Positions 46,293 through 55,137 of a DNA stretch of 55,137 nucleotides are shown here, one piece after another. A program made the translations under genes and the position numbers. The notes under the pieces are model-generated. The model made no database searches and was not told where the DNA came from. It saw only the letters and a list, made by a program, of their open reading frames with translations. Every line of letters starts with the position of its first letter. Positions within the stretch are counted from its first letter, which is position 1. The stretch is from the IMG/VR virus record IMGVR_UViG_3300020445_000001; one strand, written 5' to 3'. The DNA is from an uncultured virus (IMG/VR IMGVR_UViG_3300020445_000001). Taxonomy: Duplodnaviria; Heunggongvirae; Uroviricota; Caudoviricetes.

Positions 46293-47093
46293 TTATCTCT
46301 GGTATCTTGCAACTACAACATCACCGTCAGATAATGCAGATGCAAATGTTACGGTTGTACCACTTACAGAATAAGCAGATGTTGGAATTTGACAAACTCC
46401 ATTGATAAAAATAAATACATCATTCACTAAAACTTCGTGTGATAATGTCATAGTAGTTGTTGAACTGCCACTTACAGTAAGTGTGTCTAAATTAAAACCA
46501 GTTCCTCTTCTTACTGATGTTTTAATTCCTAAATCTCTAACTTCTATTTCAGCAGATGCAGCTGGGGCAGATGTAAATGTAACAGTTGCACCAGAAGTAG
46601 AATAGTTTGTTGACGGTTTTTGAACAATACCATCAATCGTTACTAATAACGCAGTTGCAGCTGAAATTGTTGATGATGTAACAAATGCAGTTGTTGAATT
46701 ATCACCAGTAAATGTATCTAGTGTAAATGTTTTTAATGTATCGTCTAAAAGAGATGCAGTAATAGAACCAGCAGCGATTGCAGTTTTTTCTGTACCAGGC
46801 CCTAAACCTTTATGAATGATATAAACTTCATCACTTCCAGCTAATGCTTCAGAAAATTCTAAAATCTTTGGAACACCGTTTGCATCATCTTTGATAAAAT
46901 ATGCAACATCTGGTTCTTGTCTAATATTGTTTACAAATACTTCTACATTAGATGCGTTAAGTCCAGGCACTTCTCGTGAAAGAACAACTGAATTTGCAAT
47001 GCTATTATTTGTACCAGCATCAGAACCTACAAAGTCTTCTTTTGCAAACACATTTGCTGGAATATTTAAAAATGGACTACCTATATATGCCAT
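46293..47093 (-). CDS. Virion structural protein with three repeated beta modules
   Basis: MAYIG start; repeats VFVNNIRQEP / VTIDGIVQKP / IFINGVCQIP...Y...G.TVTF. Confidence 0.75.
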   Translation of the reverse strand: MAYIGSPFLNIPANVFAKEDFVGSDAGTNNSIANSVVLSREVPGLNASNVEVFVNNIRQEPDVAYFIKDDANGVPKILEFSEALAGSDEVYIIHKGLGPGTEKTAIAAGSITASLLDDTLKTFTLDTFTGDNSTTAFVTSSTISAATALLVTIDGIVQKPSTNYSTSGATVTFTSAPAASAEIEVRDLGIKTSVRRGTGFNLDTLTVSGSSTTTMTLSHEVLVNDVFIFINGVCQIPTSAYSVSGTTVTFASALSDGDVVVARYQR

Positions 47094-47105
47094 TTACAAA
47101 CTCCA

Positions 47106-47702
47106 TTAAGTTACATCTTCAAGTATTGATGCAACAACATCTAATGTAGCTGCACTTCCATATACTAATACTTTATCGTTACTATTTAAAACAACCTTTT
47201 GTCCAGACACAATTTTAAGAGTTGATTGTGGTGGAATAGGTGCATCTTTTACAATATGAAATGCTTTGTAAATTACAATCGTACCAGCTGCAGTTCCATT
47301 TGATGCACTTGTATTTTGTGCATATGTAAATGTAGTTGCACCAGTTCTTGTAATCTTGTAAATTCCATTAACATAGTTTGTTGTAGAACCAGTTACATTA
47401 ACATACATACCAGTTTGTAATCCGTGTGCAGTACCACAAGTAACCGTTGCAGTATCACTTGTTGATGCAACACTTGATATCGTTCCTAATGTTGCACTAG
47501 TGTCTTGAATAAATGCAGTTGCTGTTATTGCAGCATCACCAGTATTGGCTGCATCTAATTCAATAAGAATTGAATTTACTCCAGAACCATTGTTTGCAGT
47601 ATAAACTGTTTGTGGGCCTGTTAAAGAATCGGTTGCAGTTGACTGATAATATTCTCCAGCAGAACTTACACTTATGAATGAATTTTTAAAATTATTTGCC
47701 AT
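47106..47702 (-). CDS. Virion structural protein
   Basis: MANNFKN...IPPQSTL.I..GQKVVL...LDVVASILE with an inserted ATVT...HGL.TG..V.VTG.....NG.Y.IT module. Confidence 0.7.
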   Translation of the reverse strand: MANNFKNSFISVSSAGEYYQSTATDSLTGPQTVYTANNGSGVNSILIELDAANTGDAAITATAFIQDTSATLGTISSVASTSDTATVTCGTAHGLQTGMYVNVTGSTTNYVNGIYKITRTGATTFTYAQNTSASNGTAAGTIVIYKAFHIVKDAPIPPQSTLKIVSGQKVVLNSNDKVLVYGSAATLDVVASILEDVT

Positions 47703-47721
47703 TTGTGTTTCTCTCTATTAT

Positions 47722-48063
47722 TTATCCAAGTGCAACTGCGACTGCAATCGCAAACCCTTGTGTTGTTGCAGCTGTTGATTGTGAAGTCCCATCAGCAAAT
47801 GTTAATGCACCAGAACTTAATGTTACACCAGCAAAAGTGCTACTACCAGAAAATGTATTATTACCACTAAAAGAAATATTTGCAGTTGCATCAAAGGCAA
47901 CAGCATTTAGTGCTACTATCGCTTCTACTACATCTGTTGAAGATGCAATAGTACCAGTTGCAGCTAGTAAATTTGCGATATCACCAACATCACTCGCAGT
48001 TGAGTTAAATGTCGTTCTAAAAGTTTCAAACGAATTTGATGCTAATACGCTTCTATCTGCCAT
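47722..48063 (-). CDS. Small virion structural protein
   Basis: SNSFETFRTTFN N-terminus; TFADGTSQSTAA; GFAIAVAVALG C-terminus. Confidence 0.65.
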   Translation of the reverse strand: MADRSVLASNSFETFRTTFNSTASDVGDIANLLAATGTIASSTDVVEAIVALNAVAFDATANISFSGNNTFSGSSTFAGVTLSSGALTFADGTSQSTAATTQGFAIAVAVALG

Positions 48064-48295
48064 TGCTCTTCTCTAACATTTGTTTCATCATACTTTTCAT
48101 TTCGTGCATTTCTGACTTAATAGTATTTATCTCACGAACTGCGTTTCTTAATTCATCTCTTTGTCTTTGTGCTTCCATTCTTCTTTTTCTAATTTTATTA
48201 AATGCACTTTCATCTGTATTTAATATTGCACCAGAGTAAGTATCTCTTACTAAATGGTCTTTATCCTTTACTTTCAATTCTGATATTTCTGACAT
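48053..48295 (-). CDS. Conserved T4-like hypothetical protein (coiled coil)
   Basis: LVRDTYSGAILNTD...EINTIKSEMHEMKSMM. Confidence 0.75.
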   Translation of the reverse strand: MSEISELKVKDKDHLVRDTYSGAILNTDESAFNKIRKRRMEAQRQRDELRNAVREINTIKSEMHEMKSMMKQMLEKSNGR

Positions 48296-48298
48296 ATT

Positions 48299-51200
48299 CT
48301 ATCCAGTTGCAACAACCCTTAATCTTTTTATAATTGGTGGATTAGTTGAATCTGTTCCTCTCATTCTTATTTTGATTTGGAACGCATTAAAGTCTGCAAG
48401 GTCTTTCGCAGAATATTCGTGTTCTATAAAGTCATCTCTTGTAGTAGATGAGTTAGTAGTAATATCTGGTTGACCATTTGTATTGAAGAAAGTATAACCA
48501 ACATCATTAAAGTCTGATGAATCATCAGTTCTTAATGTTTTAAACATTACATCAATAGTTGATGTTGCTGGTCTGACTGCATCAAATTTTACATTAATCT
48601 GATTGGCTGCACTCTTCATTTGAACTTGTCGTGTTAGATATATTGCTTCTAAACTATCACCCTCTGGTTCAGTTGCTGGAACATACAATGTAGTTGGATA
48701 AACATCTGATGAACTTTGAATATTATTAAGTCTATGAGTTACAGTTGCAATAGATGCTCTATCTAAATCAATAACTGGTGTTAAGTTATCAAACTCTGAA
48801 GTCATAGTCAAAGTTAAGAAGAATGATTTAGATGAATTCAATTCGTTTGTTTCATTAATTGTTGATGTAATCATTCTTGGTACATCAAAATAATAGTTTC
48901 TACCTAATACTATTGGTCTAGATGCACTAGTAGATTGTAAATTAAATGATGTTTGTGTACCGTCAACAGATGTTGCAGTTGTTGTTCTAATGTTTGCAGT
49001 AATTTTTGTATTTGGATATTCAACATTACTTACAAGTGGTTTCATAACATCCATCATTGCATTTTCAGTTACAACAGTTGTTGAATCACCAAATTTAATA
49101 CCAGAGGTTGCATTTGAAGCTGTTGTTGCAGTTGCAGTCTGGGTTGCAAGTGTATTTGCAGTTGTAATTGTATACGAATCAATTCCTACATTTCCGACTG
49201 CTGTATGAGTTCTATTAATTTGGTCTAATGGTATTCCATCTATTTCATATAATTCTATACCAGCACCAGAACTATGTGCAATCGCACCAGTAGGTCTTGT
49301 TATACTGGTTACAGCAGAACCAGAAATAGTACCACTAAAGATTTCATCTTCTCTTATATCACCAGTAGTTGAATCTCTTGGAACTGTAATTTTTAATCTT
49401 ACTGAACCACTGCCTGGGAAACCAGTATTACTAGTTAATGTTAGTGAAGTATCAGAGGCACCAAAGGCACCGTTAAGAGTAGTTGAAACTCCAGACGATA
49501 CACCACTAATTGCAACATTATTTGTTGTTGCATACATATGGTGGTTTCTATGTGTAACTTTTACTACACCAGAACTTGCAAGTGATTCTAATGAATTTTG
49601 TTTTAATGTTCTAGTTTCTACTGAATCATTTGTTAATACTAGATTTGATGTTTTACTTGTATCAAATTTTGCACGATAAAGTGAGAACTTAATATCTTCA
49701 TCTTGATATGCGTTCCAAGTTCTATTGTTTTGAGATTTAAATAACACACCCAAATATGGTTGGTCATTAACAATCGTTCCAGTATCAATATCTGCATCAC
49801 CTAATTTAGAAATCCAAAGTTTATAATCTCTTGAATCTGTTTTCACAACCAATGCATATTCACTATGGTCTGCAACATAAATTGGTGATTCAAATTCAAA
49901 TGTTGTAGCAGTAGTTGCGTTATCTGATAATAATATTTCAGAAGACTCTAGTGTTTTAGATGCAAGTGGTAATAATTTCTCAGTTGGATAACCATCTCTC
50001 ATCTCTCTGATTTGAACAGTTACTGGAACTCTTTCATCTTTTTCTTGGAAATATAAATCTACTTTTGTAATAAACTCACCACCAACACTATCAACAATAA
50101 ATGATTGTGCAAGCGGATCCCAAGGCTGTATTAAAGTTCTACCTCTATGTTGGAAACTTCTTGATTCAAAAACTTCCTCTTGGAATAATTGTCCGTTTCT
50201 TGTTCTTGTAACAGTTTCTTCAATAGTGTTTAAGAAACCTCTTGCAGTATAGATACCCTCTGCATATGTTTCTACACCTTCTAAATTGACATCATCTGCT
50301 TCATTAATTCTAGAAGATGTTAATCTGAATTGTCTTTCACCAGTTTTAAATGCTGGGTTGCCTGGAGCGTTAGGGTCTGGAATACTAAAGACACCACTTA
50401 TTGAACCAGTAGGGCCTGTTATGAAATTATTACCATCTTCACCTGGCGGTAATAGTTTTTGTACAGTTCCACTTTCTGGAGTCTGTGTTCTTGTTCCAGT
50501 AAATAAATTATATGTAATCTGAAGAACAGAATCTCTAGCAGTGCCTGGAGTTTCTGCACCAACTGGTGGTACTATTCCGTCAATAGTTGCACTTGGATTT
50601 GTTAAATTCTGGAATTGTACAACAGAACAGAATTGTGTTAAATCAATATTAGTTGTTGCATCTGCATTGAAAAATTCTACACCATATAATCTATGTCCAG
50701 CACAAGTATGAATAGGGTCTTCTGCTCTTTCAATCTGAATTCTCCAAAACTTTTCACCTTGAATGTTAGGGCCAACTACACCCTCAGCTGCAGTTGTAAA
50801 GTCATAAGTATAAAATGCATTACTATTTCTTGAGATGTTTATTGTTGTATGTAATGAGAACTGTCCTACTGTATTAAATCCATATTCAGAATCAGAACTC
50901 ATAATTTTTGCAACATAATCGTGTGCAGTATCGTTGTTATCGTAACCAAATCTAATTTTACCTATGGCAGTCCAGTTTGGAGTTTCTGGTAAAGTGATTG
51001 TTGTTAATGTTCCACCAGGCTTACCACCGTCTGGAACACAGAAATCACCAATATATTGTCTATCAAAGAAAGGATAAACTCTTGTTTTAGGTTTCATTTT
51101 AGATGCTCTAAATGTAACATTTCTAGAACGAATAAATGGAACTACATCTTGTCTAATTAATTCATTACCGATAGGTTTATGGTCATTAACTTCAGTTACA

Positions 51201-54200
51201 AAAGTTCTTGTACCGTTTCTAACTTGGTCTGTTAAAACTAATTCCCAAAGACCACCTCGTCCCCAACCAGCACTAGTTTGTCCGATAACACCAGATGAAA
51301 TAGTTTCCCAAGCATTCCATATAGTACCTAATGCATCTTCACCACCAGCGGCTTGTAATATCTGGTCAAAGTTACCCTCTAAGTTAATTACAATTTGTGG
51401 AAGTTTATTTACTTCAAACCATTCATCACCAGATGGGTCTAATTCTAATACACCAACCCAAGCAAAGAAGTATGCAGCTTGAGCACTTTCTACTCTAGTT
51501 GCAAACTTGTTTCCAACAGTTTCAACAGAAGTAAATGGTAGCATACATTGGTCACCAATTTTAGAATAACCATCATTTGCTCTTGCAGTAGAATCCTCGT
51601 TTTGTTCAATAAGTGCAACATTCTTCATAGAGTATTTTGGTCTTAGTGTTCTGTTTTCATAATCTATTGCACAACTATAATCTTGGTGAGATACATCACC
51701 AGTTTTATGTCCAGTAAAATTATCAACAACAAAACCAGATTTAAATCTATCAAATCCGTTTGCATCTAATACTTGGAAGTTTTCTGTTTCTGCTTCTAAT
51801 AAGTTAAGAGTTGTATAATCTTCTAGTCGTTCTATTCTATTTTCTAAACGACCAATATCTCTCATTGTAAATCTGTTATTTTTTTGTATTCTTAAAAATA
51901 TATCTTGTTCTGGTTCTTTGACATAAGGTTGCATTAATACATCAACTATTTTCATAGCTTCATTTTCAGATAATGGTTTAGGTGGTTCTGTTATTTCTGT
52001 TTCAACATCTAAACCTTCTTTAACTACAAACTGTTTATCTTTAGTTAAGAAAACACTATCTGTTCTACCTACATAAAAATCTAAATCATATTGAAAGTTA
52101 GAATTGTCTTGTGGAATATTTGAAACTATTGAACCAGCTGCAGAGAAGTTTCTTTGTGCAAAGTTAAATGTATAATCATTTACTCTTTCAGTAGATAAAC
52201 TTTGTGATGATGTTGTTACAGTAGATATTGTATCATCATTTGCAACAGTAGGTCTAAAATCTATTGAGTCGTGTAATAAGAATCTACCTCTAGGTTGTCT
52301 TTGTTCTGTGTCTACTCTTGTTGCAAGGTATGTAGGAATTTCTTTATAATCTATGTTTGAATATGAATCTACATTGAAGAAATCACCAGTACCGTGAGTA
52401 AAGTGGTCGCATACAATTAATAATTTACCAATAGGAACATCAACATTTGTTTTTCTGATTATTCTAGAAATATCATAATATGAATCTCTCATACCATCAT
52501 CTAATACATAATTACTAGTTACTACTGTATCACCAGCAGTAACAACAGTAGTTGTACCAGTTGCACCACTTGTTAAACCAGTAAATGTTTCGCCGTCTGA
52601 AAAGTTTTTATTAGATAATAAAACATAAAAGAAAGTAGTTGGGCCTGTGTTAATAAGAGAACCTATTGCACCACTAGTTGTACCTTTTATTCTTTCACCT
52701 TTAGTAAATGTTCCACTTGAAACTGTTCCAGTAAATTGTGGAACTAATGGGTCGGTAGATGCGTTTGCAGATTCGTATATTGCTCTTATTTTATATACAT
52801 CAGTTCTACCTAAAGAAATCTCTTTGTGATGTGCAGATGTACCATATTGTACACCACCACCTACACCATTGTTATCTACAATAACTAAATGAGCAGGATT
52901 GTTTGTTTTGTTTTTTTGTTGTGCAGTAGTTTTTGAAATTGTTGCAGTCACTTTAACTACACAATCTGAAGATGTTCCGAAAACAGTTGTATCAGTAATT
53001 GTTGCAGTTTTAGAATCACCAGCCAATACAGCAGAAGTCATATCATCAATATCAATAATATCTCCATCATTACACCCACCAGAACCATCATCTAAAATAG
53101 TAATTGCATAATTTGTATTAGATAGTGCATTAAATGTTTCGTTAGTTCCAGCAGTTATTACTATCTGTCCAGAAGCATTTGATGTAACAATAAATTGTTT
53201 CTTAAATGTATAAGAAGTTTGTGATACACCATTGTTGTCCGTAGTCAACATTGTTTTTGCATATTTCTTAACTGTTTTTCTTAAAAGAATATTTTTGTTT
53301 ACATCATTAATTTTTGTTCTTGTTCTAATTGCACCAACACTTGTTACATCAGTAGAAATTAAAACTATATCTGAATTACCAGTACCAGCAGTATCTGGAG
53401 TTGTAATACCAGAGTTTACTGGATATGTAGCTGTATTATTTGATGCATATGTAATAGTTGCTTTACCATTATATCCGTTAATTGCGTGGTCTTTAAATAC
53501 AACAGTTCTACTTCCAGAACCACTTAATACTGAACCAGTAGTTGCAGTGAACGCTCCAGTTGCAGTAAATGTTGCAGTACCACTAGAACGAGTAGTATTA
53601 GATGTGTTTACAACTGCACCACCTTGAATACAGAAATAAGTTGCAGAAGTATTATTTGTTACACTTTCAATAACAATTTTTTCTGTTGCACTAGCAGCAC
53701 CAGTTGGAACTTCTAAAACATCACCAGCTTTTAATTCGGTATTAAATAAAGTATTTTGTCCAACTAAAGTATTTGTGTTTCTTGTAAGTGATACTGTACC
53801 AGTAAGAGCGAATCTATTTTGCATAGTACAATCAGCACTAAAGTTTGCTTGATTAGAATCATCATCATTCATAAAGACTTGTCTGACTTGACTAATATCA
53901 AATGACTCTATTGCACTAATTGTTAAATCTGTTGTTGTACCATTTTGGTGTACGAATTCATCTGATTGAGTTGATGCACTTGATTTTGCTTTTTCACCAC
54001 TTGAGAATATACCATTTACATTTGTAAGATAAACTGCATCTGAACTGACAGAGTGAACAAATCCAGTTGCACCAGAATTTGCACCAGTTATTTTTGCCCC
54101 AGCAGCAAATTCAGATGAAGTTACTACTCCACTAAAATCAATCTCTGTAAACATTTTAATATCAAATAATCCAAGATTAAATGTTGAATCATTATCTGCA

Positions 54201-55137
54201 CTATTTGATAAAAAGTCAGTTACTGTGGAATTGTTTGCAGATGAGTCAAAACTTCTTACTCTTGCAACACCAATTTTTCCACCGTCTTCTGTTAAAATAC
54301 TATCTGTTTCTATTCCTCTTCCTGGCCCACCAGTTGTTCCAGTTACTTTAGATGCTGTAAAATTATCGTGAAGTGAAACTTCCATAAATGGTTCATCAAT
54401 AGAACCAGGCGTTTCTGGAGATATGTCTGGAGAACCAAATGCATTTTCTACTACGATTGTATTACCAACTTCAACTGGTGTGATTGCGTTATCAACATTA
54501 TCAGTTGTTCTTGGTTTTCTAATATCTATAAATGTTGGGTGACTTTTTTCTATTTCATAACCAGCAACATATGCCTTACCAGGCGTTAGATGTAAAGTAA
54601 GTAAATCTTCAGATGCTGTATTTCCACTATCAGTAGTAGCACCAGATTCAAATATTCCATTATTAATACCATCAGATAAAGTTTCTCTTGCATCTGGTTT
54701 AAAATCTCTAACAATATAGTGTCCAGATTCGTCATAAGTTCTTCTTGCAAGTGTTTCACCTAATACTGCATATTCAGTATTTCTTGATGCAGATAAAACA
54801 TTACCAAGATTTACTCTCATTATTTCTACAAAATTTGTATCATTAGTATCTGTTAAAGATAATTTAGAAAGTGTTAATGAAACTTTTAATCTATGAGCAC
54901 CAGCTGCGTTTTCGTTTGATGTACCAGTTGCATTATCATATAATGTACTATCTTCTTCTGGAGTTACTAAATCTTCTGTAACTGTAAAACCTATTCTATA
55001 TGATGGTGTGTTTCCATACTTATCTAAAACTAATGTTTGTTCTGTAACATTTACAAAAATACCTCTAACAAAATATGTTCCAGCCGCAACTGTTACTGCT
55101 GAACCTATTGCAGTTGCATCTGAAGATTGACAAGTTA
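48299..55137 (-). CDS. Giant virion structural protein (DUF4815/VrlC-like), 5' end beyond the window
   Basis: The frame stays open upstream of the called 54820 start to the window end (...GTYFVRG.FV...LYDNATG..N.NAAGAHRLK...); LARRTYDESGHY, FTMRDIGRLE.RI, RFKSGFVVDNF, DPLAQSF motifs. Confidence 0.88.
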   Translation of the reverse strand, partial: TCQSSDATAIGSAVTVAAGTYFVRGIFVNVTEQTLVLDKYGNTPSYRIGFTVTEDLVTPEEDSTLYDNATGTSNENAAGAHRLKVSLTLSKLSLTDTNDTNFVEIMRVNLGNVLSASRNTEYAVLGETLARRTYDESGHYIVRDFKPDARETLSDGINNGIFESGATTDSGNTASEDLLTLHLTPGKAYVAGYEIEKSHPTFIDIRKPRTTDNVDNAITPVEVGNTIVVENAFGSPDISPETPGSIDEPFMEVSLHDNFTASKVTGTTGGPGRGIETDSILTEDGGKIGVARVRSFDSSANNSTVTDFLSNSADNDSTFNLGLFDIKMFTEIDFSGVVTSSEFAAGAKITGANSGATGFVHSVSSDAVYLTNVNGIFSSGEKAKSSASTQSDEFVHQNGTTTDLTISAIESFDISQVRQVFMNDDDSNQANFSADCTMQNRFALTGTVSLTRNTNTLVGQNTLFNTELKAGDVLEVPTGAASATEKIVIESVTNNTSATYFCIQGGAVVNTSNTTRSSGTATFTATGAFTATTGSVLSGSGSRTVVFKDHAINGYNGKATITYASNNTATYPVNSGITTPDTAGTGNSDIVLISTDVTSVGAIRTRTKINDVNKNILLRKTVKKYAKTMLTTDNNGVSQTSYTFKKQFIVTSNASGQIVITAGTNETFNALSNTNYAITILDDGSGGCNDGDIIDIDDMTSAVLAGDSKTATITDTTVFGTSSDCVVKVTATISKTTAQQKNKTNNPAHLVIVDNNGVGGGVQYGTSAHHKEISLGRTDVYKIRAIYESANASTDPLVPQFTGTVSSGTFTKGERIKGTTSGAIGSLINTGPTTFFYVLLSNKNFSDGETFTGLTSGATGTTTVVTAGDTVVTSNYVLDDGMRDSYYDISRIIRKTNVDVPIGKLLIVCDHFTHGTGDFFNVDSYSNIDYKEIPTYLATRVDTEQRQPRGRFLLHDSIDFRPTVANDDTISTVTTSSQSLSTERVNDYTFNFAQRNFSAAGSIVSNIPQDNSNFQYDLDFYVGRTDSVFLTKDKQFVVKEGLDVETEITEPPKPLSENEAMKIVDVLMQPYVKEPEQDIFLRIQKNNRFTMRDIGRLENRIERLEDYTTLNLLEAETENFQVLDANGFDRFKSGFVVDNFTGHKTGDVSHQDYSCAIDYENRTLRPKYSMKNVALIEQNEDSTARANDGYSKIGDQCMLPFTSVETVGNKFATRVESAQAAYFFAWVGVLELDPSGDEWFEVNKLPQIVINLEGNFDQILQAAGGEDALGTIWNAWETISSGVIGQTSAGWGRGGLWELVLTDQVRNGTRTFVTEVNDHKPIGNELIRQDVVPFIRSRNVTFRASKMKPKTRVYPFFDRQYIGDFCVPDGGKPGGTLTTITLPETPNWTAIGKIRFGYDNNDTAHDYVAKIMSSDSEYGFNTVGQFSLHTTINISRNSNAFYTYDFTTAAEGVVGPNIQGEKFWRIQIERAEDPIHTCAGHRLYGVEFFNADATTNIDLTQFCSVVQFQNLTNPSATIDGIVPPVGAETPGTARDSVLQITYNLFTGTRTQTPESGTVQKLLPPGEDGNNFITGPTGSISGVFSIPDPNAPGNPAFKTGERQFRLTSSRINEADDVNLEGVETYAEGIYTARGFLNTIEETVTRTRNGQLFQEEVFESRSFQHRGRTLIQPWDPLAQSFIVDSVGGEFITKVDLYFQEKDERVPVTVQIREMRDGYPTEKLLPLASKTLESSEILLSDNATTATTFEFESPIYVADHSEYALVVKTDSRDYKLWISKLGDADIDTGTIVNDQPYLGVLFKSQNNRTWNAYQDEDIKFSLYRAKFDTSKTSNLVLTNDSVETRTLKQNSLESLASSGVVKVTHRNHHMYATTNNVAISGVSSGVSTTLNGAFGASDTSLTLTSNTGFPGSGSVRLKITVPRDSTTGDIREDEIFSGTISGSAVTSITRPTGAIAHSSGAGIELYEIDGIPLDQINRTHTAVGNVGIDSYTITTANTLATQTATATTASNATSGIKFGDSTTVVTENAMMDVMKPLVSNVEYPNTKITANIRTTTATSVDGTQTSFNLQSTSASRPIVLGRNYYFDVPRMITSTINETNELNSSKSFFLTLTMTSEFDNLTPVIDLDRASIATVTHRLNNIQSSSDVYPTTLYVPATEPEGDSLEAIYLTRQVQMKSAANQINVKFDAVRPATSTIDVMFKTLRTDDSSDFNDVGYTFFNTNGQPDITTNSSTTRDDFIEHEYSAKDLADFNAFQIKIRMRGTDSTNPPIIKRLRVVATG

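Noticed and set aside
22602..48131. Variant or intragenic late-promoter boxes (GATAAATA 22602, TATAAATA 25012, CATAAATA 26849, AATAAATA 38199, GATAAATA 46290/47719/48124)
   Set aside because: Several are plausible, especially before gp23 and gp20, but such 8-mers arise easily in AT-rich DNA, so they were not listed as features.
825..53627. Numerous 60-190 aa plus-strand ORFs in the supplied track
   Set aside because: They are antisense shadows of well-supported minus-strand genes, with no recognisable motifs. Only 29508-29834 was kept from the track; 4778-4846 was added by manual translation.
54818..54820. Called start of the 2173-aa ORF
   Set aside because: The frame is open to the window edge with conserved motifs upstream, so this ATG is internal.

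Overview
AT-rich segment of a T4-like (Kyanoviridae/pelagimyophage-type) marine myovirus genome, almost entirely coded on the minus strand. From left to right: replication accessory genes (gp62 partial, gp44, gp45); hsp20; DUF932; an operon of envelope/lipoproteins; a DNA methyltransferase; gp46 and gp47, separated by an island (Mom-family protein, 2OG-Fe(II) oxygenases, pstS, peroxiredoxin); nuclease; glutaredoxin; gp55; uvsW; uvsY; then the head, tail, terminase and neck module (gp3, 23, 22, 21, 20, 19, 18, 17, 16, 15, 14, 13) and a truncated giant DUF4815/VrlC-like virion protein. An alphaproteobacterial (SAR11-like) host is inferred from the PstS sequence and composition but is not shown. 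Main observations: (1) five paralogous Gly/Pro-rich proteins with fixed N- and C-terminal modules and variable cores, three of them between gp16 and gp17, where the conserved C-terminal codons supply the SD and ATG of the next gene; (2) a methyltransferase and a Mom-family protein that both end in a gp45 clamp-binding-like motif also seen on gp55; (3) a ROSE-like RNA thermometer in a five-hairpin hsp20 leader; (4) two unannotated convergent transmembrane micropeptides; (5) 7-8 2OG-Fe(II) oxygenases, some degenerate; (6) apparently leaderless and antisense promoters. All family assignments come from motif recognition by eye; no database searches were run.
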